NCBI RefSeq assembly: GCF_044704955.1
Contig: NC_092010.1
Location: 6,634,001-6,698,000 of the forward strand
From: Pristiophorus japonicus
Taxonomy: Eukaryota
Direction: 5' to 3'
DNA length: 64,000 bases
Shown here: in pieces, positions 12,001-25,800 of the stretch
How positions within the stretch are numbered: the first letter of the stretch is position 1
Layout: each line of letters begins with the position of its first letter
Program-made: the position numbers and the translations under genes
Notes under the pieces: generated by a model
Told to the model about the DNA's origin: nothing
Database searches by the model: none
What the model saw: the letters and a program-made list of their open reading frames with translations, nothing else

Positions 12001-15000
12001 GGGAGTGAGCCTGGGGGCGGAGCTGGGAGAGGGGCTGAGGACAGAGCTGGGAGTGGGGCTGGGGGCGGAGCTGATAGTGGGGCTGGGGGCGGAGCTGGTA
12101 GTGGGGCTGGTGGCGAAGCTGGGAGAGGGGCTGGAGGCGGAGCTGGGAGTGTGCCTGGGTGCGGAGCTGTGAGTGGGGCGGGTGCGGAGCTCGCAGTGGG
12201 GCTCTGGGCGGAGCTGGGAGTGGGGCTACGGGTGGAGCTGGGAGAGGGGCTGGAGGCGGGGAAGTGAGAGGGGCTGTGGGCGGAGCTGGGAGTGGGGCTG
12301 GGAGTGAGCCTGGGGCTGGAGCTGGGAGAAGGGTTGGGGGCGGAGATGGGAGTGAGCCTGGGGGCGGAGCTGGGAGAGGGGCTGTGGGCTGAGCTGGGAG
12401 TGTGCCTGGGTGCGGAGCTGTGAGTGGGGCGGGTGCGGAGCTCGTAGTGGGGCTCTGGGTGGAGCTGGGAGATGGGCTGGGGGTGGAGCTGTGAGAGGGG
12501 CTGGTGGCGGAGCTGGGAGTGAGCCTTGGGGCAGAGCTGGGAGTGTGGCTGGGGGCGGAGCTGGGAGTGGGGCTGGGGCCGGAGCTGGTTGTGGGGCTGG
12601 GGGGCGGAGCTGGGAGTGGGGCTGGGGGCTGAGCTGCGAGTGGGGCTGGGGCCGGAGCTGGGAGAGGGGCTGGCGGCGGAGCTGGGAGTGAGCCTGGCGG
12701 CGGAGCTGCAAGAGGGTTTGGGGGCGGAGTTGGAAGTGAGCCTTGGAGCGGGGCTGGGAGAGGGGTTGGGGGCGGAGATGGGAGTGAGCCTGGGGGCGGA
12801 GCTGGGAGTGGGGCTGGGGCCGGAGCTGGGAGAGGGGCTGGGGGCGGAGCTGCGAGTGGGGCTGGGAGCGGAGCTGGGCGAGGGGATGGGGGCGGAGCTG
12901 GGAGTGAGCCAAGGGGCGGATCTGGGAGTGGGGCTGGGGGCGGAGCTGGGACTGAGCCTGAGGCCGGACCTGGGAGTGAGGCTGGGTGAGGAGCTGGTAG
13001 TTGGCCTGGGGTCGGAGGTGGGAGAGGGGCTGGGGGCGGAGCTGGGCGTGAGCCTAGGGGCGGAGCTGGGAGTATGGCTGGGGGCAGAGCTGGGAGAGGG
13101 GCTGGGGGCTCAGCTGGGAGAGGGGCTGGGGGCTCAGCTGGGAGAGGGGCTGGGGGCTCAGCTGGGAGAGGGGCTGGGGGCGGAGCTGGGAGTGAGCCTG
13201 GGGGCGGAGCTGTGAGAGGGGCTGGGGCGGAGCTGGGAGTGGGGCTGGGGGCGGAGCTGGGTGTGTGGCTGGGGGGGGAGCTGGGAGTGGGGCTCTGGGC
13301 GGAGCTGGGAGAGGGGCTGGCGGCGGAGATGGGAGTGGTGCTGGGGGCGGAGCTGGGAGTGAGCCTGGGGGCGGAGCTAGGAGAAGGGTTGGGGGCGGAG
13401 CTGGGAGTGAGCCTTGGAGCGGAGCTGGGAGAGGGGTTGGGGCGGAGATGGGAGTGAGCCTGGGGGCTGAGCTGGGAGTGTGCCTGGGTGCGGAGCTGTG
13501 AGAGGGGCGGGTGCAGAGCTCGTAGTGGGGCTCTCTGCGGAGCTGGGAGAGGGGCTGGGGGTGGAGCTGTGAGAGGGGCTGTGGACGGAGCTGGGAGTGG
13601 GGCTGGGGGCGGAGCTGGGAGTGGGGCTCAGGGCGGAGCTGGGAGGGGCTGGAGGCGGGGAAGTGAGAGGGGCTGGGGGCGGAGCTGGGAGTGAGCCTTG
13701 GGGCGGAGCTGGGATTGTGTCTGGTGGGGCAGCTGTGAGAGGGGCTGGGGGCGGAGCTGGTAGTGGGGCTGGTGGCGTAGCTGGGAGTGGGGCTGCGGGT
13801 GGAGCTGAGAGAGGGGTTGGGGTGGAGCTGGGAGTGAGCCTGGGGGGCGGAGCTGGGAGAGGGGCTGGGAGTGAGCCTGGGGGCGGAACTGGGAGAGTTG
13901 CCAGGGGCTGAGCTGGGAGTGGGGCTGGGGGGCGGAGCTGGGAGTGGGGCTGAGGGCGGAGCTGGGAGTGGGTCTGGGAGCGGAGCTGGGAGTGCGCCTG
14001 GGGGCGGAGCTGGGAGAGGGGCTGAGGACAGAGCTGGGAGTGGGGCTGGGGGCGGAGCTGGTAGTGGGGCAGGGGGCGGAGCTGGTAGTGGGGCTGGTGG
14101 CGGAGCTGGGAGAGGGGCTGGAGGCGGAGCTGGGAGTGTGCCTGGGTGCGGAGCTGCAAGAGGGTTTGGGGGCGGAGTTGGAAGTGAGCCTTGGAGCGGG
14201 GCTGGGAGAGGGGTTGGGGGCGGAGATGGGAGTGAGCCTGGGGGCGGAGCTGGGAGTGGGGCTGCGGCCGGAGCTGGGAGAGGGGCTGGGGGCGGAGCTG
14301 CGAGTGGGGCTGGGAGCGGAGCTGGGCGAGGGCTTGGGGGTGGAGCTGGGAGTGAGCCAAGGGGCGGATCTGGGAGTGGGGCTGGGGGCGGAGCTGGGAC
14401 TGAGCCTGAGGCCGGAGCTGGTAGTGAGGCTGGGTGAGGAGCTGGGAGTTGGCCTGGGGGCGGAGGTGGGAGAGGGGCTGGGGGCGGAGCTGGGCGTGAG
14501 CCTAGGCGCGGAGCTGGGAGTATGGCTGGGGGCAGAGCTGGGAGAGGGGCTGGGGGCTCAGCTGGGAGAGGGGCTGGGGGCTCAGCTGGGAGTGGGGCTG
14601 CAGGCGGAGCTGGTAGTGGGGCTGTGGGCTGAGCTGGGAGCGTGCCTGGGTGCGGAGCTGTGAGTGGGGCGGGTGCGGAGATCGTAGTGGGGCTCTGGGC
14701 GGAGCTGGGAGAGGGGTTGGGGGTGGAGCTGTGAGAGGGGCTGGGGGCGGAGCTAGGAGAAGGGTTGGGGGCGGAGCTGGGAGTGAGCCTTGGAGCGGAG
14801 CTGGGAGAGGGGTTGGGGCGGAGATGGGAGTGAGCCTGGGGGCTGAGCTGGGAGTGTGCCTGGGTGCGGAGCTGTGAGAGGGGCGGGTGCAGAGCTCGTA
14901 GTGGGGCTCTCTGCGGAGCTGGGAGAGGGGCTGGGGGTGGAGCTGTGAGAGGGGCTGTGGACGGAGCTGGGAGTGGGGCTGGGGGCGGAGCTGGGAGTGG

Positions 15001-18000
15001 GGCTCAGGGCGGAGCTGGGAGGGGCTGGAGGCGGGGAAGTGAGAGGGGCTGGGGGCGGAGCTGGGAGTGAGCCTTGGGGCGGAGCTGGGATTGTGTCTGG
15101 TGGGGCAGCTGTGAGAGGGGCTGGTGGCGGAGCTGAGAGAGGGGCTGGTGGCGGAGCTGGGAGAGGGTCTGCGGGTGGAGCTGGGAGAGGGTCTGCGGGC
15201 GGAGCTGGGAGAGGGCCTGGTGGCGGAGATGAGAGAGGGTCTGGTGGCGGAGCTGCGAGAGGGGCTGGTGGCGGAGCTGGGAGTCGGGCTGCGGGTGGAG
15301 CTGAGAGAGGGGTTGGGGTGGAGCTGGGAGTGAGCCTGGGGGGCGGAGCTGGGAGAGGGGCTGGGAGTGAGCCTGGGGGCGGAGCTGGGAGATGTGCCAG
15401 GGGCTGAGCTGGGAGTGGGGCTGGGGGCGGAGCTGGGAGTGGGGCTGAGGGCGGAGCTGGGAGTGGGTCTGGGAGCGGAGCTGGGAGTGAGCCTGGGGGC
15501 GGAGCTGGGAGAGGGGCTGAGGACAGAGCTTGGAGTGGGGCTGGGGGCGGAGCTGATAGTGGGGCTGGGGGCGGAGCTGGTAGTGGGGCTGGTGGCGGAG
15601 CTGGGAGAGGGGCTGGAGGCGGAGCTGGGAGTGTGCCTGGGTGCGGAGCTGTGAGTGGGGCGGGTGCGGAGCTCGCAGTGGGGCTCTGGGCGGAGCTGGG
15701 AGTGGGGCTACGGGTGGAGCTGGGAGAGGGGCTGGAGGCGGGGAAGTGAGAGGGGCTGTGGGCGGAGCTGGGAGTGGGGCTGGGAGTGAGCCTTGGGGCG
15801 GAGCTGGGATTGTGTCTGGTGGAGCAGGTGTGAAAGTGGATGGGGGTGGAGCTGGTAGTGGGGCTGGGGGCGGAGCTGGGAGTGGGGCTGGGGGTGGAGC
15901 TGAGAGAGGGTTTGGGGCGGAGCTGGGAGATAGGTTGGGGTGGAGCTGGGAGTCGGTCTGCGGACAGAGCTGGGAGAGGGGCTGTGGGCGGAGCTGGGAG
16001 TCGGTCTGGGTCGGAGCTGGGAGTGAGCCTTGGGGCGAAGCTGGAATTGTGTCTGGGGGGGCAGCTGTGAGACGGGCTGGGGCGGAGCTGCGAGTGGGGC
16101 TGGGGCCGGAGCTGGGAGAGGGGCTGGCGGCGGAGCTGGGAGTGAGCCTTGGAGCGGGGCTGGGAGAGGGGTTGGGGGCGGAGATGGGAGTGAGCCTGGG
16201 GGCGGAGCTGGGAGTGGGGCTGCGGCCGGAGCTGGGAGAGGGGCTGGGGGCGGAGCTGCGAGTGGGGCTGGGAGCGGAGCTGGGCGAGGGCTTGGGGGCG
16301 GAGCTGGGAGTGAGCCAAGGGGCGGATCTGGGAGTGGGGCTGGGGGCGGAGCTGGGACTGAGCCTGAGGCCGGAGCTGGTAGTGAGGCTGGGTGAGGAGC
16401 TGGGAGTTGGCCTGGGGGCGGAGGTGGGAGAGGGGCTGGGGGCGGAGCTGGGCGTGAGCCTAGGCGCGGAGCTGGGAGTATGGCTGGGGGCAGAGCTGGG
16501 AGAGGGGCTGGGGGCTCAGCTGGGAGAGGGGCTGGGGGCTCAGCTGGGAGTGGGGCTGCAGGCGGAGCTGGTAGTGGGGCTGTGGGCTGAGCTGGGAGCG
16601 TGCCTGGGTGCGGAGCTGTGAGTGGGGCGGGTGCGGAGATCGTAGTGGGGCTCTGGGCGGAGCTGGGAGAGGGGTTGGGGGTGGAGCTGTGAGAGGGGCT
16701 GGGGGTGGAGCTGTGAGAGGGGCTGTGGGCGGAGCTGGGAGTGGGGCTGGTGGCGGAGCTGCGAGGGGGGCGCAGGGCGGATCTGGGAGAGGGGCTGAGG
16801 GCGCGGAAGTGAGAAGGGTGTGGGGGGAGCTGGGTGTGGGGCTGGGGGCGGAGCTGGGATTGTGTCTGGTGGGGCAGCTGTGAGAGGGGCTGGGGTCGGA
16901 GCTGGTAGTGGGGCTGGGGGCGGAGCTGGGAGTGGGGCTGGGGGTGGAGCTGAGAGAGGGTTTGGGCTGGAGCTTGGAGTGAGCCTGGGGGTGGAGCTGG
17001 GAGATGGGTTGGGGGCGGAGCTGGGAGAGGGGCTGTGGGTGGAGCTGGGAGTGAGCCTTGGGGCGAAGCTGGAATTGTGACTGGGGGGGCAGCTGTGAGA
17101 GGGGCTGGGGGCGGAGCTGGTCGTGGGGCTGGGGGCGGAGCTGGGAGTGAGCCTGGGGGTGGAGCTGGGAGATGGGTTGGGGGCGGAGCTGGGAGAGGGG
17201 TTGGGGGCGGAGCTGGGAGTGAGCCTGGGAGCGGAGCTGGGTCTGAGCCTGAGGCCGGAGCTGGGAGTGGGGCTGGGGGCGGAGCTGCGAGCGGAGCTGG
17301 GCGAGGGGATGGGGGCGGAGCTGGGAGTGAGCCAAGGGGCGGATCTGGGAGTGGGGCTGGGGGCGGAGCTGGGACTGAGCCTGAGGCCGGACCTGGGAGT
17401 GAGGCTGGGTGAGGAGCTGGGAGTTGGCCTGGGGTCGGAGGTGGGAGAGGGGCTGGGGGCGGAGCTGGGAGAGGGGCTGGGGGCTCAGCTGGGAGAGGGG
17501 CTGGGGGCTCAGCTGGGAGAGGGGCTGGGGGCGGAGCTGGGAGAGGGGCTGGGGGCTCAGCTGGGAGAGGGGCTGGGGGCGGAGCTGGGAGTGAGCCTGG
17601 GGGCGGAGCTGTGAGAGGGGCTGGGGCGGAGCTGGGAGTGGGGCTGGGGGCGGAGCTGGGAGTGGGGCTCTGGGCGGAGCTGGGAGAGGGGCTGGCGGCG
17701 GAGATGGGAGTGGTGCTGGGGGCGGAGCTGGGAGTGAGCCTGGGGGCGGAGCTAGGAGAAGGGTTGGGGGCGGAGCTGGGAGTGAGCCTTGGAGCGGAGC
17801 TGGGAGAGGGGTTGGGGCGGAGATGGGAGTGAGCCTGGGGGCTGAGCTGGGAGTGTGCCTGGGTGCGGAGCTGTGAGAGGGGCGGGTGCAGAGCTCGTAG
17901 TGGGGCTCTCTGCGGAGCTGGGAGAGGGGCTGGGGGTGGAGCTGTGAGAGGGGCTGTGGACGGAGCTGGGAGTGGGGCTGGGGGCGGAGCTGGGAGTGGG

Positions 18001-19842
18001 GCTCAGGGCGGAGCTGGGAGGGGCTGGAGGCGGGGAAGTGAGAGGGGCTGGGGGCGGAGCTGGGAGTGAGCCTTGGGGCGGAGCTGGGATTGTGTCTGGT
18101 GGGGCAGCTGTGAGAGGGGCTGGGGGCGGAGCTGGTAGTGGGGCTGGTGGCGTAGCTGGGAGTGGGGCTGCGGGTGGAGCTGAGAGAGGGGTTAGGTGGA
18201 GCTGGGAGTGAGCCTGGGGGGCGGAGCTGGGAGAGGGGCTGGGAGTGAGCCTGGGGGCGGAGCTGGGAGAGTTGCCAGGGGCTGAGCTGGGAGTGGGGCT
18301 GGTGGCGGAGCTGGGAGTGGGGCTGAGGGCGGAGCTGGGAGTGGGTCTGGGAGCGGAGCTGGGAGTGCGCCTGGGGGCGGAGCTGGGAGAGGGGCTGAGG
18401 ACAGAGCTGGGAGTGGGGCTGGGGGCGGAGCTGGTAGTGGGGCAGGGGGCGGAGCTGGTAGTGGGGCTGGTGGCGGAGCTGGGAGAGGGGCTGGAGGCGG
18501 AGCTGGGAGTGTGCCTGGGTGCGGAGCTGCAAGAGGGTTTGGGGGCGGAGTTGGAAGTGAGCCTTGGAGCGGGGCTGGGAGAGGGGTTGGGGGCGGAGAT
18601 GGGAGTGAGCCTGGGGGCGGAGCTGGGAGTGGGGCTGCGGCCGGAGCTGGGAGAGGGGCTGGGGGCGGAGCTGCGAGTGGGGCTGGGAGCGGAGCTGGGC
18701 GAGGGCTTGGGGGTGGAGCTGGGGGCGGAGCTGGGACTGAGCCTGAGGCCGGAGCTGGTAGTGAGGCTGGGTGAGGAGCTGGGAGTTGGCCTGGGGGCGG
18801 AGGTGGGAGAGGGGCTGGGGGCGGAGCTGGGCGTGAGCCTAGGCGCGGAGCTGGGAGTATGGCTGGGGGCAGAGCTGGGAGAGGGGCTGGGGGCTCAGCT
18901 GGGAGAGGGGCTGGGGGCTCAGCTGGGAGTGGGGCTGCAGGCGGAGCTGGTAGTGGGGCTGTGGGCTGAGCTGGGAGCGTGCCTGGGTGCGGAGCTGTGA
19001 GTGGGGCGGGTGCGGAGATCGTAGTGGGGCTCTGGGCGGAGCTGGGAGAGGGGTTGGGGGTGGAGCTGTGAGAGGGGCTGGGGGTGGAGCTGTGAGAGGG
19101 GCTGTGGGCGGAGCTGGGAGTGGGGCTGGTGGCGGAGCTGCGAGGGGGGCGCAGGGCGGATCTGGGAGAGGGGCTGAGGGCGCGGAAGTGAGAAGGGCTG
19201 TGGGGGGAGCTGGGTGTGGGGCTGGGGGCGGAGCTGGGATTGTGTCTGGTGGGGCAGCTGTGAGAGGGGCTGGGGATGGAGTTGGTAGTGGGGTTGGGGG
19301 GCGGAGCTGGAAGTGGGGCTGGGGGCGGAGCTGAGAGAGGGGTTGGGGCAGAGCTGGGAGTGAGCCTGGGGGTGGAGCTGGGAGTGAGCCTGGGGGCGGA
19401 GCTGGGAGTGAGCCTGGGGGGCGGAGCTGGGAGAAGGGCTGGGGGCGGAGCTGGGAGAGGAACTGGGAGAGGGGTTGGGGGCGGAACTGGGAGTGAGTCT
19501 GGGGGTGGAGCTGGGAGAAGGGTTGGGGGCGGAGCTGGGAGTGAGCTAGGGGAGGAGCAGGGAGTGAGCCTGGGGGCGGAGCTGGGAGAAGGGCTGGGGG
19601 CGGAGCTGGGAGTGAGCCTGGGGGCGGAGCTGGGAGTGAGCCTGGGGGCGGAGCTGGGAGAGGGGCTGGGAGTGAGCCTGGGGGCGGAGCTGGGAGAGTT
19701 GCCTGGGGCTGAGCTGGGAGTGGGGCTGGGGGCGGAGCTGGGAGTGGGGCTGAGGGCGGAGCTGGGAGTGGGTCTGGGAGCGGAGCTGGGAGTGCGCCTG
19801 GGGGCGGAGCTGGGAGAGGGGCTGAGGACAGAGCTGGGAGTG

Positions 19843-22800
19843 GGGCTGGTGGCGGAGCTGGGAGAGGGGCTGGAGGCGGAGCTGGGAGTGTGCCTGGGTG
19901 CGGAGCTGCAAGAGGGTTTGGGGGCGGAGTTGGAAGTGAGCCTTGGAGCGGGGCTGGGAGAGGGGCTGGGGGCGGAGCTGGGACTGAGCCTGAGGCCGGA
20001 GCTGGTAGTGAGGCTGGGTGAGGAGCTGGGAGTTGGTCTGGGGGCGGAGGTGGGAGAGGGGCTGGGGGCGGAGCTGGGCGTGAGCCTAGGCGCGGAGCTG
20101 GGAGTATGGCTGGGGGCAGAGCTGGGAGAGGGGCTGGGGGCTCAGCTGGGAGAGGGGCTGGGGGCTCAGCTGGGAGTGGGGCTGCAGGCGGAGCTGGTAG
20201 TGGGGCTGTGGGCTGAGCTGGGAGCGTGCCTGGGTGCGGAGCTGTGAGTGGGGCGGGTGCGGAGATCGTAGTGGGGCTCTGGGCGGAGCTGGGAGAGGGG
20301 TTGGGGGTGGAGCTGTGAGAGGGGCTGGGGGTGGAGCTGTGAGAGGGGCTGTGGGCGGAGCTGGGAGTGGGGCTGGTGGCGGAGCTGCGAGGGGGGCGCA
20401 GGGCGGATCTGGGAGAGGGGCTGAGGGCGCGGAAGTGAGAAGGGCTGTGGGGGGAGCTGGGTGTGGGGCTGGGGGCGGAGCTGGGATTGTGTCTGGTGGG
20501 GCAGCTGTGAGAGGGGCTGGGGATGGAGTTGGTAGTGGGGTTGGGGGGCGGAGCTGGAAGTGGGGCTGGGGGCGGAGCTGAGAGAGGGGTTGGGGCAGAG
20601 CTGGGAGTGAGCCTGGGGGTGGAGCTGGGAGTGAGCCTGGGGGCGGAGCTGGGAGTGAGCCTGGGGGCGGAGCTGGGAGAAGGGCTGGGGGCGGAGCTGG
20701 GAGAGGAACTGGGAGAGGGGTTGGGGGCGGAACTGGGAGTGAGTCTGGGGGTGGAGCTGGGAGAAGGGTTGGGGGCGGAGCTGGGAGTGAGCTAGGGGAG
20801 GAGCAAGGAGTGAGCCTGGGGGCGGAGCTGGGAGAAGGGCTGGGGGCGGAGCTGGAAGTGAGCCTGGGGGCGGAGCTGGGAGTGAGCCTGGGGGCGGAGC
20901 TGGGAGAGGGGCTGGGGGCGGAGCTGGCAGTGGGGCTGGGGTCAGATCTGGTAGATGGGCTGGGGGCTCAGCTGGGAGTGGGGCCGGGGCCGGAGCTGGG
21001 AGAGGGCTGGGGGCGGAGCTGCGAGTGGGGCTGGTGGCGGAGCTGAGAGAGGGGCTGGTGGCAGAGCTGGCAGAGGGGCTTCTGGCGGAGCTGAGAGAGG
21101 GGCTGGTGGCGGAGCTGGGAGAGGGGCTGTGGGTGGAGCTGGGAGAGTGGCTGGTGGCGGAGCTGAGAGAGGGGCTGGTGGCGGAGCTGGGAGAGGGTCT
21201 GCGGGCGGAGTTGGGAGAGGGTCTGTGGGTGGAGCTGGGAGAGGGGCTGGTGGCGGAGCTGAGAGAGGGGCTGGTGGCGGAGCTGGGAGAGGTTCTGCGG
21301 GTGGAGCTGGGAGAGGGTCTGCGGGCGGAGCTGAGAGAGGGGCTGGTGGCGGAGCTGGGCGAGGATCTGCGCGTGGAGCTGGGAGGATCTGCGGGTGGAA
21401 CTGGGAGAGGGACTCGTGGCGGAGCTGGCAGAGGGGCTGGTGACGGAGGTGAGAGAGGGGCTGGTGGCGGAGGTGAGAGAGGTGCTGGTGGCGGAGCTGG
21501 GAGAGGGGCTGGTGGCGGAGCTGGGAGAGGGGCTGGTGGCTGAGCTGGGAGAGGATCTGCGGGTGGAGCTGGGAGAGGGGCTGGTGGCGGAGCTGGGAGA
21601 GGGGCTGCTGGCGGAGCTGAGAGAGGGGCTGCTGGCGGAGCTGAGAGAGGGGCTGCTGGAGGAGCAGGGAGAGGGTCTGCGCGCGGAGCTAAGAGAGGGG
21701 CTGCTGGCGGAGCTGAGAGAGGGTCTGCGGGTGGAGCTGGGAGAGGGGCTGGTGGCGGAGCTGAGAAAGGGGCTGGTGGCGGAGCTGGGAGAGGGTCTCC
21801 GGGAGGAGCTGGGAGAGGGTCTGCGGGCGGAGCTGAGAGAGGGTCTGCGGGCGGAGCTGAGAGAGGGGCTGGTGGCGGAGCTGAGAGAGGGGCTGGTGGC
21901 GGAGCTGGCAGAGGGGCTGGTGGCGGACCTGAGAGAGGGGCTGGTGGCGGAGCTGGGAGAGGGTCTGCGGGTGGAGCTGGGAGAGGGGCTGGTGGCGGAA
22001 CTGAGAGAGCGGTTGGTGGCGGAGCTGGGAGAGTGTCTGCGGGCGGAGCTGGGAGAGGGTCTGCGGGCGGAGCTGAGAGAGGGGCTGGTGGCGGAGCTGG
22101 GCGAGGATCTGCGCGTGGAGCTGGGAGGATCTGCAGGTGGAACTGGGAGAGGGACTGGTGGCGGAGCTGGGAGAGGGTCTGCGGGTGGAGCTGGGAGAGG
22201 GGCTGGTGGCGGAGCTGGGAGTGGGGCTGGTGGTGGAGCTGGGAGAGGGGCTGGTGGCGCAGCTGAGAGAGGGGTTGGTGGCGGAGCTGAGAGAGGGGCT
22301 GGTGGCGGAGCTGGGAGAGGTTCTGCGGGTCGAGCTGGGAGAGGGTCTGCGAGCGGAGCTGAGAGATGGGCTGGTGGCGGAGCTGAGAGAGGGGCTGCTG
22401 GCGGAGCAGGGAGAGGGTCTGCACGTGGAGCTGGGAGAGGGTCTGCGGGTGGAGCTGGGAGAGGGACTGGTGGCGGAGCTGATAGAGGGGCTGCTGGCGG
22501 AGCTGAGAGAGGGGCTGCTGGCGGCCTGAGAGAGGGGCTGGTGGCGGAGCTGGGAGAGGGGCTGGTGGCGGAGCTGAGAGAGGGGCTGGCGGCGGAGCTG
22601 AGAGAGGGGCTGGTGGCTGAGCTGGGAGAGGATCTGCGGGTGGAGCTGGGAGAGGGGCTGGTGGCGGAGCTGGGAGAGGGGCTGCTGGCGGAGCTGGGAG
22701 AGGTTCTGCGGGTGGAGCTGGGAGAGGGTCTGCGGGTGGAGCTGGGAGAGGTGCTGGTGGCGGAGCTGAGAGAGGGGCTGGTGGCGGAGCTGGGAGAGGG

Positions 22801-25800
22801 TCTGCGGGTGGAGCTGGGAGAGGGGTTGGTGGCGGAACTGAGAGAGGGGCTGGTGGCGGAGCTGGGAGAGGGTCTGCGGGTGGAGCTGGGAGAGGGGCTG
22901 GTGGCGGAGCTGAGAGAGGGGCTGGTGGCGGAGCTGGGAGAGGGTCTGCGGGTGGAGCTGGGAGAGGGGCTGGTGGCGGAGCTGAGAGAGGGGCTGTTGG
23001 CGGAGCTGGGAGAGGGTCTGCGGGTCGAGCTGGTAGAGGGTCTGCGGGCGGAGCTGAGAGAGGGGCTGGTGGCGGAGCTGGGCGAGGATCTGCGCGTGGA
23101 GCTGGGAGGATCTGCAGGTGGAACTGGGAGAGGGACTGGTGGCGGAGCTGGCAGAGGGGCTGGTGACGGAGGTGAGAGAGGGGCTGGTGGCGGAGGTGAG
23201 AGAGGGGCTGGTGGCAGAGCTGGGAGAGGGGCTGGTGGCGGAGCTAGGAAAGGGTCTGCGGGTGGAGCTGGGAGAGGGTCTGCGGGTAAATTTGGGAGGG
23301 GGACATGTGGCGGAGCTGGGAGAGGGGCTGGTGGCGGAGCTGGGAGAGGGGCTGGTGGCGGAGCTAAGAGAGGGGCTGGTGGCGGAGCTGAGAGAGAGGC
23401 TGGAGGCGGAGCTGGGAGAGGGTTTGCGCGTGGAGCTGGGAGAGGGTCTGCGGGTGGAGCTGGGAGAGGGACTGGTGGCGGAGCTGAGAGAGGGGCTGGT
23501 GGCGGAGCTGGCAGAGGGGCTTGTGGCGGAGCTGAGAGAGGGGCTGGTGGCGGAGCTGGGAGAGGGTCTCTGGGTGGAGCTGGGAGAGGGTCTGCGGGCG
23601 GAGCTGAGAGAGGGTCTGCGGGCGGAGCTGAGAGAGGGGCTGGTGGCGGAGCTGAGAGAGGGGCTGGTGGCGGAGCTGGCAGAGGGGCTTGTGGCGGAGC
23701 TGAGAGAAGGGCTGGTGGCGGAGCTGGGAGACGGGCTGTGGGTGGAGCTGGGAGAGGGGCTGGTGGCGGAGCTGAGAGAGGGGCTGGTGGCGGAGCTGGG
23801 AGAGGGTCTGCGGGCGGAGCTGGGAGAGGGTCTGTGGGTGGAGCTGGGAGAGGGGCTGGTGGCGAAGCTGAGAGAGGGGCTGGTGGCGGAGCTGGGAGAG
23901 GTTCTGCGGATGGAGCTGGGAGAGGGTCTGCGGGCGGAGCTGAGAGACGGGCTGGTGGCGGAGCTGGGCGAGGATCTGCGCGTGGAGCTGGGAGGATCTG
24001 CGGGTGGAACTGGGAGAGGGACTGGTGGCGGAGCCGGCAGAGGGGCTGGTGACGGAGGTGAGAGAGGGGCTGGTGGCGGAGGTGAGAGAGGTGCTGGTGG
24101 CGGAGGTGAGAGAGGTGCTGGTGGCAGAGCTGGGAAAGGGTCTGCGGGTGGAGCTGGGAGAGGGTCTGCGGGTAAATTTGGGAGGGGGCCATGTGGCGGA
24201 GCTGGGAGAGGTGCTGGTGGCGGTGCTGGGAGAGGGGCTGGTGGCGGAGCTAAGAGAGGGGCTGGTGGCGGAGCTGAGAGAGAGGCTGGAGGCGGAGCTG
24301 GGAGAGGGTTTGCGCGCGGAGCTGGGAGAGGGTCTGCGGGCGGAGCTGGGAGAGGTGCTGGTGGCGGAGCTGAGAGATGGGCTGGTGGCGGAGCTGGGAG
24401 AGGGGCTGGAGGCGGAGCTGGGAGTGTGCCTGGGTGCGGAGCTGCAAGAGGGTTTGGGGGCGGAGTTGGAAGTGAGCCTTGGAGCGGGGCTGGGAGAGGG
24501 GCTGGGGGCGGAGCTGGGACTGAGCCTGAGGCCGGAGCTGGTAGTGAGGCTGGGTGAGGAGCTGGGAGTTGGTCTGGGGGCGGAGGTGGGAGAGGGGCTG
24601 GGGGCGGAGCTGGGCGTGAGCCTAGGCGCGGAGCTGGGAGTATGGCTGGGGGCAGAGCTGGGAGAGGGGCTGGGGGCTCAGCTGGGAGAGGGGCTGGGGG
24701 CTCAGCTGGGAGTGGGGCTGCAGGCGGAGCTGGTAGTGGGGCTGTGGGCTGAGCTGGGAGCGTGCCTGGGTGCGGAGCTGTGAGTGGGGCGGGTGCGGAG
24801 ATCGTAGTGGGGCTCTGGGCGGAGCTGGGAGAGGGGTTGGGGGTGGAGCTGTGAGAGGGGCTGGGGGTGGAGCTGTGAGAGGGGCTGTGGGCGGAGCTGG
24901 GAGTGGGGCTGGTGGCGGAGCTGCGAGGGGGGCGCAGGGCGGATCTGGGAGAGGGGCTGAGGGCGCGGAAGTGAGAAGGGCTGTGGGGGGAGCTGGGTGT
25001 GGGGCTGGGGGCGGAGCTGGGATTGTGTCTGGTGGGGCAGCTGTGAGAGGGGCTGGGGATGGAGTTGGTAGTGGGGTTGGGGGGCGGAGCTGGAAGTGGG
25101 GCTGGGGGCGGAGCTGAGAGAGGGGTTGGGGCAGAGCTGGGAGTGAGCCTGGGGGTGGAGCTGGGAGTGAGCCTGGGGGCGGAGCTGGGAGTGAGCCTGG
25201 GGGCGGAGCTGGGAGAAGGGCTGGGGGCGGAGCTGGGAGAGGAACTGGGAGAGGGGTTGGGGGCGGAACTGGGAGTGAGTCTGGGGGTGGAGCTGGGAGA
25301 AGGGTTGGGGGCGGAGCTGGGAGTGAGCTAGGGGAGGAGCAAGGAGTGAGCCTGGGGGCGGAGCTGGGAGAAGGGCTGGGGGCGGAGCTGGAAGTGAGCC
25401 TGGGGGCGGAGCTGGGAGTGAGCCTGGGGGCGGAGCTGGGAGAGGGGCTGGGGGCGGAGCTGGCAGTGGGGCTGGGGTCAGATCTGGTAGATGGGCTGGG
25501 GGCTCAGCTGGGAGTGGGGCCGGGGCCGGAGCTGGGAGAGGGCTGGGGGCGGAGCTGCGAGTGGGGCTGGTGGCGGAGCTGAGAGAGGGGCTGGTGGCAG
25601 AGCTGGCAGAGGGGCTTCTGGCGGAGCTGAGAGAGGGGCTGGTGGCGGAGCTGGGAGAGGGGCTGTGGGTGGAGCTGGGAGAGTGGCTGGTGGCGGAGCT
25701 GAGAGAGGGGCTGGTGGCGGAGCTGGGAGAGGGTCTGCGGGCGGAGTTGGGAGAGGGTCTGTGGGTGGAGCTGGGAGAGGGGCTGGTGGCGGAGCTGAGA

